Source: an uncultured candidate division Zixibacteria bacterium (GTDB lineage Bacteria; Zixibacteria; MSB-5A5; UBA10806). From it: a stretch of DNA of 64,000 nt. The notes under the pieces were generated by a model. The model worked only from the letters and a program-made list of their open reading frames with translations. It had not been told where the DNA came from and did no database searches. Location of the stretch: the NCBI GenBank assembly GCA_963817915.1, contig CAWFQL010000016.1, positions 64,001-128,000 on the forward strand. The letters are read 5' to 3'. The stretch's first letter is position 1; every line of letters begins with the position of its first letter. Shown one piece after another: positions 10,729 through 20,783 of this stretch. Position numbers and translations under genes: made by a program.

Positions 10729-11931
10729 TCAGGCTGGCGTTGTCGACTTTGATTCGGCCCAGGGTGGAAATAGTTTAGTCAATACGAATAGTATTGCGAA
10801 GGGCAGCAACAGCAATACGCAGACCATAAGTATACCTTCAAGACCGAACAATTCTGTTTTATAGACAGTCAATCCCCGCAGGCTCTTTGAAAATAGCTGG
10901 CCGCCGAGTACGACATTCCATCGAGTGCTGAATATTCCCACCTGCACAAGCAAAGCGGCCATGAAATAAACCATTCTTCTCATCTCATCGGGTACTTTCC
11001 CGAAACGAGCCCAGACCAATGACAGCATTGGAAGAATGCTTCCGAGAATAATCTGAGTGATTATAAGACTTATAAACAGGCGATTAGAAATCATCGATGA
11101 AAGTATATTAATGGATTCTTCGGATTCATAAAGCCTTTGAATAAAATCGAGAAATTCCAAAGAGAAATCGACTATCATTGCGTAAAGGAGAAGCTCAGCA
11201 AGCTTGTTAAGACATTGCATGCTGATCTCTTTCCATCGAAACATGGAAGTGACCACATAAATAATAAGTATCAGAGCTATACCCGAAACAATAGCGGAAA
11301 ATAAGAACACTATAGGCATTAGAACGCTGCTCCACCAGGGATTGGCCTTAATGGAACCGAAGATAAATCCGACATATCCATGAAGCAGAAATGCCGAGGG
11401 TATACCTATAATAGTTATAGCCTTGCCTACCTTATCATCCCACTTAATCGCTTTATCGGATACGTCAGTAGCGCCGAGGGTAAGAATCTTATATACAAAT
11501 TTGGTAAAACCGGTTTTGGTTTTCGACCAGCCTACTATATCCTTGCGATAGTCCAACCAGATTTCCAAAAGCAGCACGACCATCAGGTACCACGCATATA
11601 CAAACCCGAACATGGCCATAGCTGATTGGGTATGCGGGGTCAGAAACATTTCAAATGATCTTTCAGGGTGTCCGAGATGGGCCAGAAGCGGCATCGGGGC
11701 CACAAACAAAAACGCCAGCGCGGATAGCAATGACAAACGATAAACCGGCTTAAGGGCCTTAACATTGAAAACTCGTTCCAGCGAGGCCAATATGAATGCG
11801 CCGGCGACAAGTCCAGTAAGATAGGGGTATAGTACTATGAGAAGACCCCAATGCAATTCGAATTCATTGGGATAAATATATCCGACTATATCTTGAAAAT
11901 TCGGAGTTAGATTAGCGATAAGAGGCAGCAT
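10729..11931 (-). CDS. nrfD: NrfD/PsrC-family quinone-interacting membrane subunit
   Basis: WGLLIVLYPYLTGLVAGAF, HLGHPER, HGYVGFIF...PWW; about 10 TMs. Confidence 0.9.
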   Translation of the reverse strand: MLPLIANLTPNFQDIVGYIYPNEFELHWGLLIVLYPYLTGLVAGAFILASLERVFNVKALKPVYRLSLLSALAFLFVAPMPLLAHLGHPERSFEMFLTPHTQSAMAMFGFVYAWYLMVVLLLEIWLDYRKDIVGWSKTKTGFTKFVYKILTLGATDVSDKAIKWDDKVGKAITIIGIPSAFLLHGYVGFIFGSIKANPWWSSVLMPIVFLFSAIVSGIALILIIYVVTSMFRWKEISMQCLNKLAELLLYAMIVDFSLEFLDFIQRLYESEESINILSSMISNRLFISLIITQIILGSILPMLSLVWARFGKVPDEMRRMVYFMAALLVQVGIFSTRWNVVLGGQLFSKSLRGLTVYKTELFGLEGILMVCVLLLLPFAILFVLTKLFPPWAESKSTTPA

Positions 11932-11934
11932 ATT

Positions 11935-12714
11935 TTACCTAACCTCCCCGTCAGTACCGGCATAGTATACCTTTGGCTTCGTATTCAAGGATGGCTTAAG
12001 CTCCGCAACGTCATTGAATCTTAGGAATCGTCTTAATGGGCTCGAACGGAGCCCAATCTCTCCGAATATTCTCGCTTGTGTCGGACAGACCTCTACACAG
12101 GCCGGCAATAAGCCCTTCGTGATTCTGTGATAGCAGAATGTACATTTATCGGCAACTTTCTTTGTTGGATGCAAGAAGCGCGCGCCATAAGGGCAGGCTT
12201 GAATACAGTAACGGCATCCGACGCAGTATTTTTCATCGACAAGAACTACCCCGTCGCGAGTGGCGAAGGTCGCTCCAACCGGGCAAACCTGCACGCATGG
12301 CGGATTAGCGCAATGATTACATAATTTTGGTACAAAGAATGTTCTCAGAATATCGACATCGCTTTTGATATCAGGATATCCATCGATTCCACCGTTGGGA
12401 CTGTCGACGACCGTATCGCCGGTGGTCGGTATTATATATCGTTCAACCCATGTGCGGAAATAGTATGGGTCGAGAGGTACATTGTTTTCTTTTTTGCACG
12501 CTACGGCGCATCTGGCGCATCCTATACATTTATGAATATCGATGCCCATCGCGTAATTATGCTGTGTGGGGTCGTAAGTATCAGACTCCTGTGCCTTAAG
12601 AATTTCGCCCGCGCTCATGGGGAAAAAGAAAAAACCGGCGGCCAAAGGCAGTGCCTTTGAACAGGAGATCAGGAATTTTCGTCGATCCGTATCTTTTATA
12701 TCATCGTCTTTCAT
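11935..12714 (-). CDS. Tat-exported 4x[4Fe-4S] NrfC/PsrB-like subunit
   Basis: ATG at 12714 overlaps upstream TAA; DRRKFL twin-arginine motif; CIGCARCAVAC, CNHCANPPCVQVCP, CVGCRYCIQACP, CTFC...PACVEVCP. Confidence 0.92.
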   Translation of the reverse strand: MKDDDIKDTDRRKFLISCSKALPLAAGFFFFPMSAGEILKAQESDTYDPTQHNYAMGIDIHKCIGCARCAVACKKENNVPLDPYYFRTWVERYIIPTTGDTVVDSPNGGIDGYPDIKSDVDILRTFFVPKLCNHCANPPCVQVCPVGATFATRDGVVLVDEKYCVGCRYCIQACPYGARFLHPTKKVADKCTFCYHRITKGLLPACVEVCPTQARIFGEIGLRSSPLRRFLRFNDVAELKPSLNTKPKVYYAGTDGEVR

Positions 12715-13454
12715 TAAGCCTCCGGTGAATGCGGGTAATGACAATCCCAGCATTTATAGCGTTCCCAGTGAGTCACGAGATCTATTCGAGGAATTTCTCG
12801 AGGGCTATTGGCATCTTTGGAATGACATTGCCCGCAGAATTCGCGATTTTCAGGTTTCCCGGGCAATGATTCTTTTGGATTTTTCAGATGCTCATCGGAA
12901 ACAGTATGACATTTTGTACATGCCAGCGATACGTGGGGCGATACATTTTTTTCATTGGATATTTCGCGATGGCAAGCGCTGCAATCTTGCGGAGTGCGAG
13001 GAAGCATAGGATTATGCGGATTATGGCAGCTCATACAGGGTTTACCCGGATTATGTACGGCAGGCAGTATCTGAGGAAAACCTGTCGGCCTTGATGGATT
13101 GTACCCGTGGCAAACAGGACAAAATTCTCGTTCTCTGGGCGCGCTTGGAGTGAATTCATCCGGCGCCTCCGCATGCTTGGCGGCGGCATTATGGCAGACT
13201 TCGCAGGACAGGGCGCTATGATTCGATTTGGATTTGAGATCATTTACATCTGAATGGCATTCGATGCAGGTTTTTGATCCGGCATATTGAATAGGAAGCG
13301 ACGCGATTTCGTTGACGGCATCAGCGCGGTAATACCCATATTTGCCAAATGATTTTGGAACTAGAATAGACCTCGCAACAATTAGGGCTGTTAAAAATAA
13401 GGCAAAAAGAATGATTAAGCTAATAAGTTGCTGGGGTATCTTTGGGGTCTTCAA
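12714..13454 (-). CDS. Membrane-anchored octaheme cytochrome c
   Basis: N-terminal TM; 8 CxxCH (CIECH, CEVCH, CPVCH, CMSCH, CSACH, CTKCH, CGQCH, CWDCH). Confidence 0.92.
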   Translation of the reverse strand: MKTPKIPQQLISLIILFALFLTALIVARSILVPKSFGKYGYYRADAVNEIASLPIQYAGSKTCIECHSDVNDLKSKSNHSALSCEVCHNAAAKHAEAPDEFTPSAPREREFCPVCHGYNPSRPTGFPQILPAVHNPGKPCMSCHNPHNPMLPRTPQDCSACHREISNEKNVSPHVSLACTKCHTVSDEHLKNPKESLPGKPENREFCGQCHSKDANSPREIPRIDLVTHWERYKCWDCHYPHSPEA

Positions 13455-13504
13455 TCAATTGTCTCCATTACTCTCCATTAGAAGTAATAATTACTGTTAG
13501 CGAA

Positions 13505-13538
13505 TTAATTCACTAAGCGTCATTATGTCAAGTGAATT
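13505..13538 (-). promoter_or_regulatory. Sigma70-like promoter of the cytochrome operon, bracketed by an inverted repeat
   Basis: Minus-strand TTGACA-17nt-TTAATT; AATTCACT-N16-AGTGAATT at 13507-13538. Confidence 0.5.
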
Positions 13539-13922
13539 TTTTCGCAATTTGCATAGTTGATAGGTTTTTTTTTCATTGTATGTACTCTATTAACTCAATC
13601 AGGCCCGGATTTCGATGCTAATGTATTTTGGCTCATCATCAGGACGCATTCTATCGTCTTTTAGAAAATTGGTCAATACCTTTATTGAATAAAAATAAGA
13701 TATTGAACTAAGCATTTTCTGTTAATTTAGCCAAATACTTAGTATGTTAGCTCCATAATTTTAGATAACCGATTCTACTTAATTGGCTTTATGACAATGG
13801 AGAAAAGAATCTGAACCAACTTAAATCATCAATTCAGAACCGTAACATGTTTTTTCTATGGGGCAGAATGCAAATAGATATTTTCATGGCGGAATTTCAT
13901 CCTTAACCAGGAGACATATTTT

Positions 13923-14723
13923 ATGCATAGGATATTAACAATATTAGCATTCGCTTCGGCAGCATTTATCACATTGCAGGACATAAACGCCTTTGAAAAT
14001 CGTTTTACTATTTCTGTCGAACCATTCAATATTTATACAAATTATAAATTTCTCGGAATAACTCCTTCCTCAGTCCCTCAACCCGATCAAGTTGGCTGGG
14101 ATAAGCGGCAACCAAATAACACCTATCCGGGGGATTATTTCCGGTCGCCAAAAGGGGCTTCAAAAATAATTCTACAAATTGATGAATTAAATGAAATATC
14201 GAATACAGCAAAAACATTTATCGATACGGCATACTTTAATGATTTCGTATTCGAAAATTTACGCGGATTTGCTTACACTTTGTACGAGCATACTGATGTA
14301 AGGGGAAAGGATAGCGTTGGCAAAAATACATTTCGAATTGTCGTGGACACCTTTTCTCGAAAGGAATATCATGTCCGCTACGCGGCTGGAGATACGATAT
14401 TCGTGATTTCCGGCTGGCTGGGAAAATTTCTGTCATTCTACCGGGCAATCCCCGGCGATTTTAAATATGCAATCGATCAATTTCAAAATGAAGTCAAAAA
14501 GCTATCTCCGGTATATGTCTTTACCGACAAAGGCAATTTTCGGGATGAATCATCCAATGGCGGCTATTTCTATGAATATATCGATAGAAAAAACATGATC
14601 AGGATAAGAAATTATTTCGTCACCGACTATATGATATTCGATGAGAAGACCAAAAAACTATACAATAAACAATACAATCTCATGGAAATAACCAAATTCA
14701 TCGATAAGGAAGTGATTCCATGA
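13923..14723 (+). CDS. Exported hypothetical protein
   Basis: RBS CAGGAGA; signal peptide; no family recognised. Confidence 0.7.
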   Translation: MHRILTILAFASAAFITLQDINAFENRFTISVEPFNIYTNYKFLGITPSSVPQPDQVGWDKRQPNNTYPGDYFRSPKGASKIILQIDELNEISNTAKTFIDTAYFNDFVFENLRGFAYTLYEHTDVRGKDSVGKNTFRIVVDTFSRKEYHVRYAAGDTIFVISGWLGKFLSFYRAIPGDFKYAIDQFQNEVKKLSPVYVFTDKGNFRDESSNGGYFYEYIDRKNMIRIRNYFVTDYMIFDEKTKKLYNKQYNLMEITKFIDKEVIP

Positions 14724-15489
14724 AAAATAAAGCACTTATAATAGGGCTAATTCTGGTATTGAATTCGACCTGTCTGGCAGACAGGTTTGAATATATAAGG
14801 AATGTCAACCGCCAGAACCGGATGACGATTCCACGGGGGTACGAGATACTATTTTCGTTTCCGAGCATATCCAGATCCAGGATATTAATTTCTATGTCGG
14901 AGTCGGGGTTCCTGAATCTCCCTCGGCGGAAGACGCGTTAATTGATGTTTTTTTCCCTGCAAGGCAAAGGGTTAGACTAAATGACTGGGAAGGCCCCAGA
15001 ATTCCTTGGTACGATGTCTGGTACGATACCCAACGGCAAGTAGACGGGCCCGGCAGTCTGCAGGATTACAATGGAGGCGATTCTTATGGCCCATGGGAGA
15101 TGTTTTGCTTCGACCCCTTCTGGGATGATTCGTTATTTTGGTATTCATGGAGAATAGAGATTTACGGCGATCTCATAACGGGAATCTCTGAGCCAAAATC
15201 GAATATGCCATCGGACTATACGTTTAGTCAGATTTATCCCAACCCATTTAATAATTCAATCATGATAGAATTTGGATCGCCGGAAAACGGCGAAATCAAT
15301 ATCGACGTCTTCGATATCCTTGGAAGACAAGTTAGAACGATATTAAATTCTACTGTAAGCACCGGTTATCATAGTATCGTATGGTATGGGGTCGATTCGT
15401 CCGATAGACCCGTATCATCCGGAGTCTATCTAATCAGGTTGACCGCCCGCGACAAAAATATTGTCCAAAAGGCGACCCTGCTCAAGTAA
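14720..15489 (+). CDS. Signal peptide + proprotein-convertase P-domain-like fold + C-terminal sorting domain; frameshift near 14808
   Basis: The frame of ORF 15100 extends upstream as PEPDDDSTGVRDTIFVSEHIQIQDINFYV...GPGSLQDYNGGDSYGPWEMFCFD; signal peptide is in ORF 14720; tail IYPNPFN...SSGVYLIRL...KATLLK. Confidence 0.7.
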
Positions 15490-15686
15490 TAGCCTGCGTC
15501 CCATGTCCGCTTGGAATAATCAAGATTAATAATTCAAGATACTCTTAGTTTCTAATCCTAAGGGTATATCGGAGTTATTGTTAAATCACAATTATTTGGT
15601 GGCAGCCTTTTTCTTTTACAATTTTGGCATCCATAGAAACCCTATTAACAATTATATTGTTCTAATTTCATGGACTAATATAGTCC

Positions 15687-16646
15687 ATGAAAAATGGTCT
15701 AGCAATGGAGATTCAAATGAAGAAAATATGGGTCATTATCATCATTGAGGCGCTAATAATTGGAATATTTGCCATTAATACCCAAGCCTGTTCCGTATGT
15801 CGTTGCGGAGATAATGCTTTTCTATTTTCGGAAAAGGGCTATGCACTGCCAGGCCAATCGCCTGACAGGCATTTTCTTTTCAGCCTCGCAAATATTTACT
15901 CCACGAAATCAAATGCTCTGGCACCCGACGAAGGATCTGGAATTGAACGTCAGAGGGAGACGCGTCCGTCCTTAAGACTCACTTATAATCTTTCCGAACG
16001 ATTATCATTTTCATTCGAGACGCCAATTCAATTCAGGAGAATTGAGACTTCAATGCCTTCAGGAACAAATCGAGAAAACTCTTTTGGCCTTGGTGACGCC
16101 GATTTATCCGCAATTTGGATGACTAATTTGGCAGGCGGAGATGGAACATTCATAAATGGCGGTCTGTCGTTTGATCTGAAAGTCCCTACGGGCCGAAATA
16201 ATTTATCGAGAGATAGCGAACGTCTGGATGAACATCTACAGGCCGGAACCGGCAGTATCGATTGGCAGGCGGGCGTGGCGGTAGCCAAATCGACCTGTTC
16301 AAATCAGATTTTTTCAAGCATATATTATCGTCATAATGGCGAAAATAAATTCGATTATCATTATGGCAACGCAATCATTTTTAATTTGGGGTCGCAATGG
16401 CCATTTACAACCTGGTTCAGCGGCTCAATTCAGGCTAATAACCGCTATGCGAAACGGGACATTGAGAATAGAACGATCGTCGAAAATACCGGTGGCTGGG
16501 TATCTTATTTGACCCCGGGATTGAGATTCAATTTAAATGAAAGCGCCGGGCTTTATGCGGCACTTCAAATTCCTGTTATTCAGAAGCTTTATGGAAGTCA
16601 GACCGAGAAGGCCGTCTTTGCCAGCGGTGTAAGTGTCGGATTTTAG
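15687..16646 (+). CDS. Outer-membrane beta-barrel (MetA-pathway/transporter family) with N-terminal CxxCxC
   Basis: Signal peptide then ACSVCRCG; GLGDADL, LKVPTG, LQAGTGSID; C-terminal Phe. Confidence 0.75.
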   Translation: MKNGLAMEIQMKKIWVIIIIEALIIGIFAINTQACSVCRCGDNAFLFSEKGYALPGQSPDRHFLFSLANIYSTKSNALAPDEGSGIERQRETRPSLRLTYNLSERLSFSFETPIQFRRIETSMPSGTNRENSFGLGDADLSAIWMTNLAGGDGTFINGGLSFDLKVPTGRNNLSRDSERLDEHLQAGTGSIDWQAGVAVAKSTCSNQIFSSIYYRHNGENKFDYHYGNAIIFNLGSQWPFTTWFSGSIQANNRYAKRDIENRTIVENTGGWVSYLTPGLRFNLNESAGLYAALQIPVIQKLYGSQTEKAVFASGVSVGF

Positions 16647-16932
16647 CATCCTTTTTTCTTAAAACACTGAAATCTCGTTTTTCTCCTAAAACCACTTCAT
16701 CTTATTAGGAATTAATCTTAATAACAGACTGAACAAACGATTTTCGCTTTCAATGTGGAACGTTTTTTGGGGTTGTCGTTTCACTCCAGTATCATAAGTA
16801 CCCAAACTTCAGCGGCTTACGAAAACCCAAAACGAACGTGTTGCTGCTTGTCCGTTATTGCATCATTAATATGATATTTCGCATACCGATAGAATTAAGG
16901 ACAATAAATATAATAAGAAGGAGAAAATAGTC

Positions 16933-18960
16933 ATGAATAAGCTATCATTGAAACTCAAGCTGACTCTAATCTTTTTGCTAAGTTTGACAGTTGTTTTCTC
17001 GCTTATGGTCACCATGAATTATTCCAATCAGAGCAAAGACATCTCGGGAATGTACAACGAAAATTCCAAAAATCTGGAATGGCTATTTGATAATCAAATC
17101 AAGCTGATGATGAAGACCGGAAATAACGACCAGCTGCAGACGCTTTTTGATGAAGTAAAAGGCTTGGGCATGGTCAGCGATATATCCATATTGAACGATA
17201 AAAGAATTGTCGCGCGTTCAACCGATAAGGCGGCAATAGGAATGCCAGCGACGGACCCACTATGGGACAAGGTTTATCAAACCGAAAAAAGCCTTTCAGT
17301 CGAATCGAATATTGATGGAAAAGAGATCGTCTCCGAATATCAATTATTAATGAGTGAAAAAGCCTGTACCGATTGCCACGGAGAAAACGAAAAAATTCTC
17401 GGCGGATTGAAAATAGTGACTTCGAAAGAAAAACTGCAATCGGCACTGAAAAGCAATCTGTTTTCCAATATCCTGGTAGCCATATTAGGCGGCCTTATTC
17501 TGGCATCGATAATTTATTATATCTGGGGATCAAAAGTATTCAAGCCGCTTGATGATGTCAGACGCAAACTCGATAAAGCCGTAAAAGGCGATATAAATCA
17601 GAATATCAAACCAAAATCAAAGGATGAAATTGGCCGACTGTTAATCTCGATTCGCGACCTGATAGAATATGTCCGAGGTAAGGCCAAAGCGGCATCGGAA
17701 ATGGCCCGCGGCAATGTTGATGTTGAGATTGAAATAGCTTCCGAAGATGATTCATTAGGCAAGGCCATGAATACAATGAGGAGTTCTATTCAAGGTCTGG
17801 TTCATGAAGGAACTCTGCTCTCGAATGCCGCCGTAAACGGAGATCTAACTGTACGAGGAAAGGTCGATGGTTTCGAAGGCGGGTATCTTGAAATCATAAA
17901 AGGCATGAATCAAACATTTGATAATATGGGGCGACCAATCAATGAGGTTATCCAATGTCTGGCTGAAATGAAAAGCGGAAATCTTACCGCGTATGTCAGC
18001 GGCGATTATAAGGGCGATTTTGCTGAGATTAAAAATGCTCTCAATAGCACGCTGGATTCATTAAATGATATTCTTGGCCAGGTGGCGGCAGCCGCCGATC
18101 AGGTGGCAACCGGATCGCGACAAGTATCTGATGCCAGCCAGTCATTATCACAAGGCGCGACCGAACAAGCCAGTTCGCTTGAAGAAATTACGGCTTCATT
18201 GACGGAGATGACCGAGCAAACCAGGAAGAATGCCAACAATGCCTCCAACGCTAAGAATCTGGCATCATCGGCAAAAGATAACGCCGGTAAGGGCAATCAG
18301 CAGATGCAGGAAATGCTGGCCGCGACCAAAGAGATTAGCGAATCGTCCGCAAAGATTTCCAAAATTATTAAGGTCATCGATGAGATTGCATTCCAAACAA
18401 ACCTTCTTGCCCTTAACGCCGCAGTTGAGGCAGCAAGAGCCGGAGTTCATGGCAAGGGTTTCGCGGTTGTGGCAGATGAAGTAAGGAATCTCGCTCAAAG
18501 AAGCGCCAAGGCTGCCAAGGAAACGACCGAGCTTATTGAAGGTTCGTTGAAGAAGGTGGACAATGGCTCTCGAATTGCCGACGACACTGCCAAGGCATTA
18601 GGAGAAATCGTCGAAGGCGTCACAAGAGCCGCCGAGCTTGTAGCTGAAATCGCCAATGCTTCCAATGAACAGGCCCAGGGTATCGAACAGGTAAGCCAGG
18701 GTATCGGACAGATCGATCAGGTTACTCAATCGAATACCGCGAGCGCGGAAGAAAGCGCATCGGCATCCGAAGAATTATCGGGACAAGCAACCTATTTGAA
18801 AGAGCTTATTGCGAAATTTAAGCTTGCAACCCAAGACAATAACCAGAAAAATACCGAGGAATTTCTTGATAATTTCTCAAAAAACTTAAACCAAAAAAAT
18901 CCTAAAACAAAGGCAGTCCAGGCATTCGCCATGGATAGGAATAGCTTCGACAAATCTTAG
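16933..18960 (+). CDS. Methyl-accepting chemotaxis protein with heme-c periplasmic sensor
   Basis: 2 TMs; CTDCH in periplasmic domain; HAMP domains; [20 protein letters not shown]. Confidence 0.93.
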   Translation: MNKLSLKLKLTLIFLLSLTVVFSLMVTMNYSNQSKDISGMYNENSKNLEWLFDNQIKLMMKTGNNDQLQTLFDEVKGLGMVSDISILNDKRIVARSTDKAAIGMPATDPLWDKVYQTEKSLSVESNIDGKEIVSEYQLLMSEKACTDCHGENEKILGGLKIVTSKEKLQSALKSNLFSNILVAILGGLILASIIYYIWGSKVFKPLDDVRRKLDKAVKGDINQNIKPKSKDEIGRLLISIRDLIEYVRGKAKAASEMARGNVDVEIEIASEDDSLGKAMNTMRSSIQGLVHEGTLLSNAAVNGDLTVRGKVDGFEGGYLEIIKGMNQTFDNMGRPINEVIQCLAEMKSGNLTAYVSGDYKGDFAEIKNALNSTLDSLNDILGQVAAAADQVATGSRQVSDASQSLSQGATEQASSLEEITASLTEMTEQTRKNANNASNAKNLASSAKDNAGKGNQQMQEMLAATKEISESSAKISKIIKVIDEIAFQTNLLALNAAVEAARAGVHGKGFAVVADEVRNLAQRSAKAAKETTELIEGSLKKVDNGSRIADDTAKALGEIVEGVTRAAELVAEIANASNEQAQGIEQVSQGIGQIDQVTQSNTASAEESASASEELSGQATYLKELIAKFKLATQDNNQKNTEEFLDNFSKNLNQKNPKTKAVQAFAMDRNSFDKS

Positions 18961-18996
18961 TTAATGACTCTGGGTCGATAAAAGAACGCTCAAAAG

Positions 18997-19032
18997 AAAA
19001 CGAGGCTCCGTAAGCATGCGGAGTCTCGTTTT
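18997..19032. terminator. Bidirectional rho-independent terminator
   Basis: AAAACGAGGCTCCGTA-AGCA-TGCGGAGTCTCGTTTT between convergent genes. Confidence 0.8.
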
Positions 19033-19070
19033 GATTTTAGGCAATTCGCGATATTAAATTAGATCAAAGC

Positions 19071-20783
19071 CTAGAACTTATGCGAATAATTTATGTTAGC
19101 GGTATTTTCATTGAATTTACCGCCCGCAGAGCTTTTATCCTTAAATGAAGAATACTTGACGCTGAGTTTGATCGAATCTGAAGTCCTGATCGCATAGGCA
19201 GATTGGGCGGTAATTGAAAAGATACTGGATTGTTTTGAACTTGAAACATCCGAACTCAGAGAGCTGTTCAGCTTCCCCTTCTTCATCCTGTTGTTTATTC
19301 TCATCGAGATAGAATTGTTCGAGTTTTTGGGCTGACCGCTGGTTTCGGTGCTGTTGGTTGCGAAACCCGGCGAAACAGACCATGATGGGTTTATAGTCGT
19401 AGTCAACGCCACTGAAATATTCTGCGATTTGACATCGCTGCCCGCGTTCGCCGCTCGAACAATATTGTTATCCTTGGAGCTTTGAGCGGCGTAATTCAAC
19501 GATAACGCATTAGCAAAATTAAATAGCGAGAATTGGAAGATCGCGCCCGCAGAATATCCCGAATTAAGATTGTCTATTTTTGACGAATCACTGGCGGCGT
19601 CATTTTTCATAGTATTTTGCATGTAATTAAAATTGAATCCGGCAAATTGGACAGGGCGGATATTCAATGTCCCGCCGTAGGTGTAGCGGGTGGTTGTAAA
19701 TAATTTCTGCTTGATCACGTTATCGTTTTGGGTCTGGAAATTACCCTGAATTGAGATTTTGCTCTGGAATAATCGCAAACCGGCCCCTGCTTCGATTAAT
19801 CGTTTGTCATTGATCGTGGAGCTAATCCCAAGAGAAGTGAAACCCGGGCCGACATATGTATAAGCTCCTTTAATATCAAAAATCCTATGATTGAATACAA
19901 GCTCAGAAGTATATGCAACATCAACGTTGGAGGAAATTCGAGGGGTGAAATATTTCTTCAATGACGATGGATACCCTTTGATATCCTGAGGCGTACTGGA
20001 AATATCCCTGGTGTAAGCGGTCGCGGCGGCCTCACCCTTGAATGTTAGCATTTTTCTGAATAAGCGGACTTCCGTATTGGCTCCGGCCACTATGTTTTCC
20101 TTTGCGGTTACTCCGTATTGGCCGGAAGTCGCTGTATCCGCACTGGTGCTATCGCGTTGGAAAATATCTTTGGGCAATGATTTGGCACTGTCTTTTGTTT
20201 GGACGAGATTGATATCAAAAAAGGATGAGCCCGTCTTGCCGATCCCTAATTTGACTCCACCCATATAGCGAGCGTACGCCGAGCCATATGGGCCGGCTTT
20301 TATCGCCCGTTGAGTCTGTCCTCCCACAGCTTGAAATCTGAGAATTCCCGGATTAAGAGTCAATCCCGCGCCGCGAATAGAAATTCCGTTGAGTGTATAT
20401 CGCGAGAAATCCTGGCTGAAATCGCCGAGATTGGCCGAACCCCATCCCCATGATGGATTAAGCGCAAACTGATTGATTTGCTGGCGCGCGGAGCTTCCCT
20501 CGGTAGAAAGGGTGATATCGAATGACATCCCGAATTTACCAAAGAGCGTAATGGTCGGCCTAAAAAACAGCCTTCCTGTCGAACTTGGACGCCGGGCTGG
20601 CCGTCCAGAAATTGAGTAAAGCTCACCGAATGTGCCAATTTCGCCAGACAATCTGAAGATAGGATTTCTCCTCTTGGGAGTTATAGGAGCATTTTCGGAG
20701 GATTGAGCCCAAAGCATGGCATTGGGTAATCCCAAACCCGCTATAAATAGCAGGCACACTGCAAATCTTGATAGTCTTTTCAA
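19071..20783 (-). CDS. Large outer-membrane beta-barrel protein
   Basis: Signal peptide; continuous amphipathic strands; C-terminal NINYSHKF; TTGA overlap with upstream gene. Confidence 0.8.
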   Translation of the reverse strand: MKRLSRFAVCLLFIAGLGLPNAMLWAQSSENAPITPKRRNPIFRLSGEIGTFGELYSISGRPARRPSSTGRLFFRPTITLFGKFGMSFDITLSTEGSSARQQINQFALNPSWGWGSANLGDFSQDFSRYTLNGISIRGAGLTLNPGILRFQAVGGQTQRAIKAGPYGSAYARYMGGVKLGIGKTGSSFFDINLVQTKDSAKSLPKDIFQRDSTSADTATSGQYGVTAKENIVAGANTEVRLFRKMLTFKGEAAATAYTRDISSTPQDIKGYPSSLKKYFTPRISSNVDVAYTSELVFNHRIFDIKGAYTYVGPGFTSLGISSTINDKRLIEAGAGLRLFQSKISIQGNFQTQNDNVIKQKLFTTTRYTYGGTLNIRPVQFAGFNFNYMQNTMKNDAASDSSKIDNLNSGYSAGAIFQFSLFNFANALSLNYAAQSSKDNNIVRAANAGSDVKSQNISVALTTTINPSWSVSPGFATNSTETSGQPKNSNNSISMRINNRMKKGKLNSSLSSDVSSSKQSSIFSITAQSAYAIRTSDSIKLSVKYSSFKDKSSAGGKFNENTANINYSHKF

